Source of the DNA: Berkelbacteria bacterium GW2011_GWE1_39_12
GTDB lineage: Bacteria; Patescibacteriota; UBA1384; UBA12157
NCBI GenBank assembly: GCA_001029735.1
Contig: CP011213.1
Coordinates: 76,087-140,086 of the forward strand
Direction: 5' to 3'
Length of the DNA: 64,000 nucleotides
Numbering within the stretch: position 1 is the stretch's first letter; each line of letters begins with the position of its first letter. A program made the position numbers and the translations under genes. Of this stretch, positions 1 to 8,137 are shown piece after piece. The notes beneath the pieces are model-generated. The model did not search any database, was not told where the DNA came from, and was given only the letters and a program-made list of their open reading frames with translations.

Positions 1-743
1 TTGATCGCCTCTGCAATCTCTTCCGGAGAAGCAGTATATTCTTCGATTTCTATTTCATTTTTTTGTCTTACAAAATCTAATATTTCTTGGACTTTAGAAT
101 CAAACGGGTTTGAAACGGCAACCTTAATTTTGGAATTTTCATGATTTTCAAAAACAACCATACTATATTTTTTAGAAATCTCAATTGGAAATTTAGTAAT
201 CGTTTCGTAGGAAATTTTTATGTTTTTTAAATCTATAGTTTTTAAGTGTTGTTTTGGCGTTTTTGGCTGATTATCGACATGGTTTACAACCGGCGGCGTA
301 ACCTGAGTATCATAAAGCGGCAGCACCGACTGAATATCTTCTGGCGTGGTAATATAGATATCAACAGTGATCCCCTTCTGATGTTTAAGGTCTGAGATAA
401 TTTGCGGCGGATTACTTTTCAGGTGTGCTGGTAATCCAAAAGCCATTTTTACTCGGCTGTCATCTTTTTCAAAAACAACGACTTTATATTTTTGAGCCAA
501 ATCCTTTGGAATTAATTTTAACGCGTCCGGCTTAATTAAATAATTTTCCAAACGCATGATTGGCAAATCGTATAAAACTGCATAGGCCTTAGCGATATCT
601 TCCGAACTAACCATTTTTTGCTTTCGTAGCTTTTCTTCAATTTTTTCGTTCGTAAAATCAGCCGGAATCTGAGAGGCCTCTGTATCAGTTATTCGGTTCG
701 AGCTTAATAAGATATCTAAAATTGTTTTGTTTTTTTGTTCCAT
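1..743 (-). CDS. Type IV pilus/T2SS assembly ATPase PilB-like, N-terminal part only. It starts at 743 and runs off the window. Two GspE_N-like domains.
   Basis: Reverse translation gives MEQKNKTILDILLSSNRITDTEASQ...VSSEDIAKAYAVLYDLPIMRLENYLIKPDALKLIPKDLAQKYKVVVFE..., which is typical of GspE/PilB N-terminal domains. The ORF is open to position 1. Confidence 0.7.
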   Translation of the reverse strand, partial: MEQKNKTILDILLSSNRITDTEASQIPADFTNEKIEEKLRKQKMVSSEDIAKAYAVLYDLPIMRLENYLIKPDALKLIPKDLAQKYKVVVFEKDDSRVKMAFGLPAHLKSNPPQIISDLKHQKGITVDIYITTPEDIQSVLPLYDTQVTPPVVNHVDNQPKTPKQHLKTIDLKNIKISYETITKFPIEISKKYSMVVFENHENSKIKVAVSNPFDSKVQEILDFVRQKNEIEIEEYTASPEEIAEAI

Positions 744-988
744 ATTTTTCAAAAAAGGTCTTGAAAAATTACGCGACAGGACGAAGCCCTGACTAATTTA
801 AGCGAATATTAAGCCAAAATCGCTCTCCCCTCCTTTGAGGAGAACATTTGTTACTACAATATTAATATATCATTATTTTAAATAAAATGCATGGTCTAAA
901 AAAACACGAATTTTATCGTGCTCTTCTAGTTGGCAGAATGCAACAACTAAATCAGAAACTTTATCTAGAAATCTTGAAAAAAATCTAT

Positions 989-1459
989 CTATTTCTTCAG
1001 ACTCTTTTTACTTTTTATGAATAACACTAAGGAGATTAGAAATAACCACAAAATAAAGGCACCGATTGTAATCCTCTCAGCAATTCCAAAATATGCCGGA
1101 AATTTTGTAGGCCCAATTGCAGTTAGTGGACCTGAAATAAAGATTATTAGCCCCAGGATGACTGAGATAACTTTTAAATTTTTGTAGCCATCCATTTTAC
1201 CAAAACCAAAAGCGGAGAGAAAAACTGCCAACAAAGTGGTTATTGCGGCCATTCCAGCCAAAAAGAAATGTATTAGGCCTTTAAATGTAAGAGTAATATT
1301 TATGGGATCTTGCGGGAAGAAGTACATTAATATTCCCGATAATGCACACAGGAGCAAGAAAGCTGCCGACGATTTAATAAGCTTATTTTTGCCCCAAACA
1401 AAAAAACCGAGACTGAATGCAGCAAGAAATATGTTATACATCCAAAAGAGCGGCTGCAT
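989..1459 (-). CDS. Hypothetical polytopic membrane protein (156 aa).
   Basis: Long ORF, 4-5 hydrophobic helices, no recognisable motif. Confidence 0.5.
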   Translation of the reverse strand: MQPLFWMYNIFLAAFSLGFFVWGKNKLIKSSAAFLLLCALSGILMYFFPQDPINITLTFKGLIHFFLAGMAAITTLLAVFLSAFGFGKMDGYKNLKVISVILGLIIFISGPLTAIGPTKFPAYFGIAERITIGAFILWLFLISLVLFIKSKKSLKK

Positions 1460-1465
1460 TATGAT

Positions 1466-1606
1466 TTAATTTGGTGCAAGTGTCATAGTAAGTTCACTGA
1501 TAGCTTGGGAGATATGACTATAACCTGTCCACAAAAAACCGCCTAATATCACAGCGAAAATATAAATTAATGATGCGATGATTCCAAAATAATAAAACCT
1601 TTTCAT
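1466..1606 (-). CDS. Small hypothetical membrane protein (46 aa).
   Basis: ATG with an AGGAAG RBS 7 nt upstream. One hydrophobic helix. Not in the ORF track because it is under 60 aa. Confidence 0.3.
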   Translation of the reverse strand: MKRFYYFGIIASLIYIFAVILGGFLWTGYSHISQAISELTMTLAPN

Positions 1607-1655
1607 AACATATCTTCCTATAAAATTTTTATATTTTTGCCCTCACGGTTCTCTT

Positions 1656-2444
1656 TCATTTGCCCGATTTGAGATTCCTAAGATCAAGTATGCCTAAGAG
1701 CAAAAATAATAACGATAAAATACTAAACAAAATTAGGAAAAATGGATCAACAGTCAGATTATACTTTGGTTTGATTAGCTCTCCCACACCCAATGGAGCA
1801 AGTTCAACAAAAGCCATTATGTTTAGGGCAGGCAAGATGAAATAACTAAACGGATTTTTTCTCTTCGCCAATATTGCCGTGATTATGAATGCCGGCATGA
1901 CAAAACATAAATCAATAACAAATACGGATATAAAATCGACACGTTTACCATTATTAATTTGCGTCAGCAACATCATTATCCAAAGTGGATAAAACACAAG
2001 TGGCTGAAGAAAAGAAAAAACAACCGATACTTTTCTAAGTCTATCGGACAAAGATAGTTTATTTAGCTTTTCTTTCTCAATATTAATAAGTCCAAAAACT
2101 AAAGAATAAAAAGATATTGTGAAAATAGCCATATAGACAATATATAAAGGAGTGAACACCTGACCAATAACATAGAGACCATATCCGTAGAAAAGATAGG
2201 CAGTAAGCCCTATAGCAATAATTTGTTTTTTGTATTCATCTTGTTCGGTTTTGAATGCCAAGAACAGAAGAATAAGTCCCGCGGGAATAGTCATAAAATC
2301 TTGTGCAAGCGTTCCGGGAATCAAATTGGCTGGCTCGACACTGTTATACATGTATGGCCGGAGCAGACCGACAACAGAAACAGTTACTGATAAAATAGAT
2401 GCCATGCCCCATAGAATTTTGTTTAGTTTTAGATTTTTCATCAT
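1656..2444 (-). CDS. Hypothetical polytopic membrane protein (262 aa), translationally coupled to the upstream hydrolase gene.
   Basis: About 8 predicted TM helices. ATGA-type 4-nt overlap with the 2441..3445 ORF. Confidence 0.55.
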   Translation of the reverse strand: MMKNLKLNKILWGMASILSVTVSVVGLLRPYMYNSVEPANLIPGTLAQDFMTIPAGLILLFLAFKTEQDEYKKQIIAIGLTAYLFYGYGLYVIGQVFTPLYIVYMAIFTISFYSLVFGLINIEKEKLNKLSLSDRLRKVSVVFSFLQPLVFYPLWIMMLLTQINNGKRVDFISVFVIDLCFVMPAFIITAILAKRKNPFSYFILPALNIMAFVELAPLGVGELIKPKYNLTVDPFFLILFSILSLLFLLLGILDLRNLKSGK

Positions 2445-3445
2445 ATTACTAAACCCTTTGTTCGGAAAGCTCCTCTCGAATTGCCGTCTATTTTAATAAT
2501 AAATTTAGAAATTGCATTTTTGACCTCTTCCTCGTGTCCGAGAAGTAGATGACCGCCATCCGGTATGGAAAATAATCCCACGTCAGGAATTATACCGGAA
2601 ATTTTCTTTGCACCTTCATATGGCGGAGCGGGATCGTCAACAGCGTGAACGATCAAAGTCGGCAATTTTATGCGTTCAAATTCAAAGGACTTGGCTTCAA
2701 TCGAGGGAGTTGAGATCTTATTGTCAAAAATAACCCCTTCACTCCTCCTTGATATTGGAAACGAGGCCGCAAAAATATTGTTTTTTACCGTTTCAATTTC
2801 CGACTTGTTCATCTTGGTGATTATGGCCGACGGAACAAACATCTTCATCAGACTTTTTCCAGCGATCTTCGTCGTCAACCAGTAAATAAAATCGGATTTG
2901 AAAACAATATCCGGCGGAGAGGAAACTTTTGTCGTGGTGGCAGAAATCGGCACAACTGATGAGATTAGTATTAATCCCTCGCATTTCTCCGGATAATCTA
3001 CGGCAAAATTCATCGCCGAAGGACCGCCAGCTGAATTTCCGACGATAAATACTTTTTTAATTCCAAGATAGTCCAAAAGTTCACTATAAGCTTCCGCTTG
3101 CATTTTTACTGAAGCGTCTCTGGGCATGGATGACTTTAAATATCCGAATCTTGAAATATAAAGAAAACGATAATTTTGTTCGATATATGCACTCGACAGC
3201 CCTATCCCCTGATCAATGCCCCCAGTAACTCCGTGTGAAATCAAAATAGTCGGCCCCTCGCCTTTTAGTAGATACTCAATGTCGCCGAATTTTGAGGCAA
3301 ATACTTTTGACGGAATAGCTTTTTGCTTGGCAGTAGCATTATTCATTTCCGAACGAAAAACAAAATAGATAATCGAAAAGATCCCTATTAAAATAACTAT
3401 TCCTATCCACATATAAACCTTTCTTTTTTTTAACAAATGCTTCAC
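2441..3445 (-). CDS. Alpha/beta-hydrolase fold protein (membrane-anchored).
   Basis: GNSAG nucleophile-elbow motif (GxSxG). HGVTGG oxyanion region. Asp...GGH acid/base region near the C-terminus. GTG start with an AAAGGAG RBS. N-terminal TM helix. Confidence 0.75.
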   Translation of the reverse strand: MKHLLKKRKVYMWIGIVILIGIFSIIYFVFRSEMNNATAKQKAIPSKVFASKFGDIEYLLKGEGPTILISHGVTGGIDQGIGLSSAYIEQNYRFLYISRFGYLKSSMPRDASVKMQAEAYSELLDYLGIKKVFIVGNSAGGPSAMNFAVDYPEKCEGLILISSVVPISATTTKVSSPPDIVFKSDFIYWLTTKIAGKSLMKMFVPSAIITKMNKSEIETVKNNIFAASFPISRRSEGVIFDNKISTPSIEAKSFEFERIKLPTLIVHAVDDPAPPYEGAKKISGIIPDVGLFSIPDGGHLLLGHEEEVKNAISKFIIKIDGNSRGAFRTKGLVI

Positions 3446-3542
3446 TTTATCTCCTTTTCATTTCATGAAATTATCAATACCAACTTCTGAACATTTAATC
3501 TTGGATGAACCTATATGCAAAATAGATAAGTGTTTCATAAAT

Positions 3543-4229
3543 TTATCGGTCTCCCCTGTTAAAAAGTTTAAACAATAGAAACCCATTAACTATTAAGGTT
3601 AACCAGGTAAAGGTATAAGCTGCAATCTCAAAGTAATATTCTCTATCCAGCCCCATTGTTGCTAAGATAACAACTAATGAAAGTACGGTTAGAACAAAAC
3701 TTCCAATGAATATTCCCTTAACCCATTTTTCTAATTTCGTCCGGGCTGTCATAGCCAATCCACCAAAAAGAAAAGAGATAGTCATGAGCAAAAAGCCTAA
3801 TTCTTCCAATGCGATAAATAGTCCGTGGGGGTTAAACTGTGTCAACAAAGAAACACCATCTGCCTCACCCTTTAAAACACTTGGCTGGATAACCGCTAGT
3901 TGAGTAAAATAAGTTACGAAAAAAATCGCCGCTGACATGGATGCAAAGATAACAGTAATTTGCCCGTATAATTTCTTTTTTTCTTCGGTCCGATTTCCCA
4001 AAATGATCATCAAAATCAAATAAGCAAAAATGACAACCATTGCAGGGATCAGCCAATAATAATCTCTTGGAAATCTTGAAGCAATGTCAAGATAAGGATA
4101 TTGAAAACAACTTGCAGCCCTACAAAAAGGCCCGGATAACGGAGGTGTGTAATAAGCGATAATAAAAGTCAATATTGTCGCTATTGAGGTAAATAATGCA
4201 AATCCTGATCTAAAATTAAGTTTTTTCAT
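3543..4229 (-). CDS. Hypothetical membrane protein (228 aa).
   Basis: 6 hydrophobic helices. No motif recognised. Confidence 0.5.
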   Translation of the reverse strand: MKKLNFRSGFALFTSIATILTFIIAYYTPPLSGPFCRAASCFQYPYLDIASRFPRDYYWLIPAMVVIFAYLILMIILGNRTEEKKKLYGQITVIFASMSAAIFFVTYFTQLAVIQPSVLKGEADGVSLLTQFNPHGLFIALEELGFLLMTISFLFGGLAMTARTKLEKWVKGIFIGSFVLTVLSLVVILATMGLDREYYFEIAAYTFTWLTLIVNGFLLFKLFNRGDR

Positions 4230-4395
4230 TTTTATTTCTCTCCATTACTTTTTAGCCTTAAAGCAAAATATATTAACATAATCGAAAATAGTCCCACTGA
4301 AAGCTCAAGAAGGGTGTAGATAATTGCCGCTACCTCAGGCTGCACTAAATGTAACTGGTCAGCAATAATTTGAGCAGGTATTTTTCCTCATGTTA

Positions 4396-4833
4396 TTAGA
4401 CTTTTGCTTTGATTGCTCTTGCCCATTCTATCGCTTTTTCTAGCTCGTCGTCCAGTAAATGTGGTGACTGCTGTGGCCCTGCAACATAGAAGGGCATTGG
4501 CTCGACAAAAATTTCTGCCCCGGCGCTTCGTAGCGAATTGGCCATTTTCCCCATCGCATCGCCATGAATGAAAAGCTTGACTCTAGTGTCAAAAGACGTC
4601 GCTTTTATTCCGTCCAAATCTTTTTCGTTTAAAGAGTCTAAAAAAGCAGCTGTGTTGTCACTTGGTCGCCAACCACGAATTGGGCTGCCAACAATAAGCA
4701 GTTCTATCCCTTCCAAATCTGACTTTTTGAAGACTCTCGCCTGGACTATCTTCGCATCTATTATTACGGCGATTTTTTCAGCAATAAGCTTGGTATTGCC
4801 GAAGGCAGAATCATAAACGATTAAAGATTTCAT
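4396..4833 (-). CDS. Flavodoxin-like protein.
   Basis: MKSLIVYDSAFGNTKLIAEKIA matches the flavodoxin FMN-binding signature (S/T-x-x-GNT). Size 145 aa. Confidence 0.65.
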   Translation of the reverse strand: MKSLIVYDSAFGNTKLIAEKIAVIIDAKIVQARVFKKSDLEGIELLIVGSPIRGWRPSDNTAAFLDSLNEKDLDGIKATSFDTRVKLFIHGDAMGKMANSLRSAGAEIFVEPMPFYVAGPQQSPHLLDDELEKAIEWARAIKAKV

Positions 4834-5083
4834 TTTGCTCCTAATCGATTAAAGGGATTACATGCAAGAAGAAATTAAACTTCTAAAGCTTTTCCTTTAG
4901 TTTATTACTCTTACAACAACTATTTTACTATCTTTGTAGGTTTTGTAAATAATACGGTCGCGCATTTATAATTTAGTGTTTATTAGACAATTTGCTGCCT
5001 ATTTTGCCCTTGCTAAAATTCTTGGCAATCAGCCACTAATATAATAAAATTAAAGTATAGTTAGTAATAAATTAAGGAGGAAT

Positions 5084-5257
5084 ATGCTATCTCCGAACAT
5101 GCAAAATTACTACAAACCATTTAAGTTTAAGCCCCAGAAAGACCTACTAGTGGTTTTTATTTCATGGATCTCTCCAAGCGCAAATCGACTCCTGCGGTCT
5201 CCTCTCAATCAAACTAGTATTCCTTACAATCGAATGAAAATATTAGTTCGATCCTAG
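5084..5257 (+). CDS. Small hypothetical protein (57 aa).
   Basis: ATG preceded by AAGGAGG at -7. Followed by a clean hairpin + T-run terminator at 5278-5305. Confidence 0.35.
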   Translation: MLSPNMQNYYKPFKFKPQKDLLVVFISWISPSANRLLRSPLNQTSIPYNRMKILVRS

Positions 5258-5277
5258 TTTTGCCCTATACAAAAAAT

Positions 5278-5305
5278 AATCGCTCTATAAGCGACTATTT
5301 TTTTC
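5278..5305. terminator. Rho-independent terminator (TCGCT-ctata-AGCGA + T8).
   Basis: Stem-loop followed by tttttttc on the plus strand. It is also the downstream limit of the minus-strand tRNA-derived array. Confidence 0.6.
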
Positions 5306-5421
5306 TGGCAGGAGCTGCCTTTAGGCACGCAGGAAGCATGCCTAAAGGCGAACCTACGACGCTGGTTTTGCCAAGAAATTTTTCTTGGCACGCAGACCAG
5401 CATTATACCATTTAATTACGC
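5306..5421 (-). pseudogene. tRNA-Trp-derived pseudo-tRNA, copy 1. The anticodon and T-loop are replaced by hairpins, and the 5' acceptor strand is lost.
   Basis: The reverse complement aligns base-for-base with the real tRNA-Trp (D-arm, anticodon stem, T-stem 5' strand, 3' acceptor CAGCTCCTGCCA). The exceptions are a 24-nt insert (TGCGTGCCAAGAAAAATTTCTTGG) in place of the anticodon TC, and a 31-nt hairpin (CCTTTAGGCA...TGCCTAAAGG) in place of the T-loop. Confidence 0.6.
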
Positions 5422-5436
5422 AAAAATAGAGCTTGT

Positions 5437-5517
5437 TGGCAGGAGAGGAAGGAAAGTTGCAAAATTGCGTTGCAATTTCCGAACCCTTAATTCACTTTGT
5501 ACTAAAAATTGAGCTTC
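5437..5517 (-). pseudogene. tRNA-Trp-derived pseudo-tRNA, copy 2 (more degenerate, with a hairpin in the T-loop).
   Basis: Ends ...GGGTTCG[GAAATTGCAACGCAATTTTGCAACTTTCC]TTCCTCTCCTGCCA. The 5' half is recognisably related to the tRNA-Trp D-arm region. Confidence 0.5.
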
Positions 5518-5518
5518 G

Positions 5519-5592
5519 TGGCAGGAGCTGTAGGAATCGAACCTACGACGCTGGTTTTGGAGACCAGCATTATACCATTTAACTAAGCTCCC
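5519..5592 (-). tRNA. tRNA-Trp (anticodon CCA).
   Basis: Cloverleaf GGGAGCT/AGCTCCT acceptor. Anticodon loop CTCCAAA. T-arm GTAGG-TTCGATT-CCTAC. Encoded CCA. Confidence 0.9.
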
Positions 5593-5701
5593 AGCACAAA
5601 ACTCAATTTAAAAGAAACCCAAAAATCCACGAGCCGGCGAATTTATATTTTTGCTTATCTAAAACAAACTTTGCTTAATCTCTTCAAAGATCAAGCTCTA
5701 A

Positions 5702-5881
5702 TTATTTTTTCGCTTTAGAAATTTTCACTTCTTTATGCGGAGTGTGCTTGCGACATTTATTACAAAACTTTGAAAGTTCCAACTTTTCTTTATTTTCAAT
5801 TGGATTTTTCGAAGTTACATAATTTCTTGCTTTGCATTCACTGCATTCAAATTGAAATGCTAATGTTTTTGATTTGGCCAT
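5702..5881 (-). CDS. rpmG: 50S ribosomal protein L33.
   Basis: MAKSKTLAFQFECSECKARNYVTSKNPIENKEKLELSKFCNKCRKHTPHKEVKISKAKK, with the L33 CxxC...CxxC zinc ribbon. It was not in the ORF track because it is 59 aa. Confidence 0.85.
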   Translation of the reverse strand: MAKSKTLAFQFECSECKARNYVTSKNPIENKEKLELSKFCNKCRKHTPHKEVKISKAKK

Positions 5882-5905
5882 TTTATTTCCTTTAATTTAA
5901 TTAAC

Positions 5906-5980
5906 TGGAGCCCGGAATCGGATTTGAACCGACGACCTACTCCTTACCATGGAGTTGCTCTACCACTGAGCTATCCGGGC
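5906..5980 (-). tRNA. tRNA-Thr (anticodon GGT).
   Basis: GCCCGGA acceptor, anticodon loop ATGGTAA, TTCAAAT T-loop, encoded CCA. Confidence 0.9.
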
Positions 5981-6046
5981 ATCAAAATTTTGTTTTTACT
6001 AATGCCAACCAGTAACTATCCGGACTAATCTACACTGATTTGTATT

Positions 6047-6133
6047 TGGTGCCAGGAGTAGGATTCGAACCTACGAAGCCGCAAGGGCAAGAGATTTACA
6101 GTCTCCCCCAGTTGACCACTTTGGTATCCTGGC
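6047..6133 (-). tRNA. tRNA-Tyr (anticodon GTA), class II with a long variable arm.
   Basis: 87 nt. Anticodon loop CTGTAAA. Variable arm GCCCTTGCGGCTTC. T-arm GTAGG-TTCGAAT-CCTAC. Encoded CCA. Confidence 0.9.
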
Positions 6134-6506
6134 TTATTTTATACTCGTCGTATTTCTTATTTTCGATCGATATTTCACTTCTCGCTTTCACGCATTCCCA
6201 TGGTATCTGATATTTTGCTCCCCTTTCCGTATATATAAACAACTCGTCAAAATCATCTTTTTCATACTTTTTCGCATAATGATAAGACTGATTACCGCCC
6301 GTAATTCTCAGCCCGACCAAGCATTGGTCCTTATTTGGATAATAACCAGCGAACTTTACTTGAACTCTTTTTAGACTTCCGCCTTTTTCAACAACCAGAT
6401 CATACGATCTTTTATCACCGATTGGCAAACATACTTCATAATTTTGGGAAATGTAATGGCTAATGGCTTGACCAATTGCTCTGTCACCTTTTTCCTTGGT
6501 ATTCAT
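6096..6506 (-). CDS. PD-(D/E)XK-family nuclease-like protein (YraN/Hjc-like core), probably leaderless. Its 3' end overlaps tRNA-Tyr.
   Basis: GDRAIGQAISHYISQNYEVCLPIGDKRSYDLVVEKGGSLKRVQVKF fits the G..AE..A...L...GY.V..P....D..(E/D)L(I/V)...G...(V/I)EVK pattern of YraN/Hjc nucleases. The ATG at 6506 lies 7 nt after a TATAAT, with TTGCTG 17 bp upstream. The stop TAA lies in the tRNA-Tyr anticodon loop. Confidence 0.5.
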   Translation of the reverse strand: MNTKEKGDRAIGQAISHYISQNYEVCLPIGDKRSYDLVVEKGGSLKRVQVKFAGYYPNKDQCLVGLRITGGNQSYHYAKKYEKDDFDELFIYTERGAKYQIPWECVKARSEISIENKKYDEYKISQDTKVVNWGRL

Positions 6507-6541
6507 GTTTCTATTATACCTGTGTATAGTACAGACAGCAA
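6507..6541 (-). promoter_or_regulatory. Putative sigma70-like promoter driving a leaderless mRNA for the nuclease-like gene.
   Basis: In sense orientation: TTGCTG-N17-TATAAT-agaaac-ATG. Confidence 0.35.
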
Positions 6542-6628
6542 ATCCATCTGACCTACTCCGCCAATCCGGCAATAATTCGATTTTACACTAAAACTCTTCT
6601 AATTTCAACCTCATGTAACAAAACTATT

Positions 6629-8038
6629 TCATTCAACAAAACCGATTAGGTCTCCTTCGTTTTCTACCTTCGGAAATTTAGCAATTGTCTCTGCAATTGG
6701 CCGATAACCTACCAGCGCCCTCGTATCAAATTCTGATTGATTTACCCACTCAGGCACCGGCTTTCCTTGATGTAAATGAAAAAATTCCGCCAGCATTGTT
6801 GTCGCATAGGCTCCTTTTTTTAAATCAAAATGAAAAACACAGCCAGTAGGTATTTCATAGACGTGCCAGATTTTTGGAACAATCTTTGCCGGAACACTTA
6901 ATGGTTTGTTCAATTTCAGAAATTCGAAGCCTGGTTGATTAAATTTAATTTTGCTTAATTGGTCTTCGGGGATAAGTCCTTTATAAGGCTCAATACTTTC
7001 CCGAAAATCCCGAAGTAATGGTAATTCTTGTGGCACATTGCCTTCGGCAATTTTTTTGGATAATAATTTATTAAACCAATAGCTAAAATAACCGTAAACA
7101 CACATCTTCGTTTCATACGGCACCGCTTTTAAAGCCATTGAAAAATCGGAATTGGCTTTTAGACTGCCTAGAAACAACAGCTCATAATATAGAAAATACG
7201 GAAATTGAGAAAAAATTTCATACATTTTTGCCCAATTACCCCAATAGGTAGCTGCTTCATTCCTTAAATTTTGTAGCACAGGCATTTCGTGGCTATTTGT
7301 GCCAACTAAAAGCATTTTGACAGCGTCTTCGTGCTCACCTCTAAGAATTCTTCCGCCAGTTTTATGTGAATTTAGCCTCGCTCCACCAAAACGCTGAAGA
7401 GAATAAAAATTATAAAACCCTTCTTTGTTTAAAATATTTACTTTTTGTTCAAGTTTTGCCAAATCCTGGGGTTGAGTTCTAACCAAAATTGTAAATCTGT
7501 TACCGTATAAATTTCCAACTTTCTCTATCCCCCTTCGCTCGTGTATATTTTTTAAAAAAAGATTTGGGACTGAAATATTTTGCAATTTATCCGGCGTGAG
7601 ACCATCGATAGTAATCTTTTGCGCCGTGATTGCTTCCGAATCCTTCATTCCGGCATAACTAATTTGAAGTTCGCTAATTTTTAAGTTTTCCGCCAAACGC
7701 TCCACTGCTTCTATTGTAGGCATGCCTTGTTTGACTAAATCGGCTTCGCTTTTTGGACTTTGTAGATTCTGTCTACTTGGATGATTTTCTGGTACGTCTT
7801 CAATACTGATAATTTCAAAATCAGTAGAAATTTCTTCAACAATAAAATCAGCCCATTTGTTCTTTATATAGCCAGATCCCATGACATCAGGATGATAATC
7901 GATTCCAATAATGGCTAAATGTTCGGGTATAAATTGAGGAGATTGGCCTGAAAAAACAAGGGTCGGATCGGTTTTGGCCAATTCTTTTAGTTTTTTTTCA
8001 TCTGCCAAACGCAGATAATAATCACGTTTAATTTCCAT
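6629..8038 (-). CDS. truD: tRNA pseudouridine synthase TruD (Pus7 family).
   Basis: FIVEEI plus the YAGMKDSEAITAQ motif (GxKDxxA catalytic Asp region of TruD/Pus7). 469 aa. Confidence 0.8.
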   Translation of the reverse strand: MEIKRDYYLRLADEKKLKELAKTDPTLVFSGQSPQFIPEHLAIIGIDYHPDVMGSGYIKNKWADFIVEEISTDFEIISIEDVPENHPSRQNLQSPKSEADLVKQGMPTIEAVERLAENLKISELQISYAGMKDSEAITAQKITIDGLTPDKLQNISVPNLFLKNIHERRGIEKVGNLYGNRFTILVRTQPQDLAKLEQKVNILNKEGFYNFYSLQRFGGARLNSHKTGGRILRGEHEDAVKMLLVGTNSHEMPVLQNLRNEAATYWGNWAKMYEIFSQFPYFLYYELLFLGSLKANSDFSMALKAVPYETKMCVYGYFSYWFNKLLSKKIAEGNVPQELPLLRDFRESIEPYKGLIPEDQLSKIKFNQPGFEFLKLNKPLSVPAKIVPKIWHVYEIPTGCVFHFDLKKGAYATTMLAEFFHLHQGKPVPEWVNQSEFDTRALVGYRPIAETIAKFPKVENEGDLIGFVE

Positions 8039-8073
8039 TACAAATATATAGTACCGAAAAAAAGCTTAAATTG

Positions 8074-8111
8074 ATACAAAACAGCCCCACACTTTAGTAC
8101 GTGCGGGGCTG
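8074..8111 (-). terminator. Rho-independent terminator for the GC-rich 209-aa gene.
   Basis: CAGCCCC...GGGGCTG stem followed (on the minus strand) by TTTTGTAT. Confidence 0.55.
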
Positions 8112-8137
8112 GTCGAATTATTCCCTTGCGGGAGATA

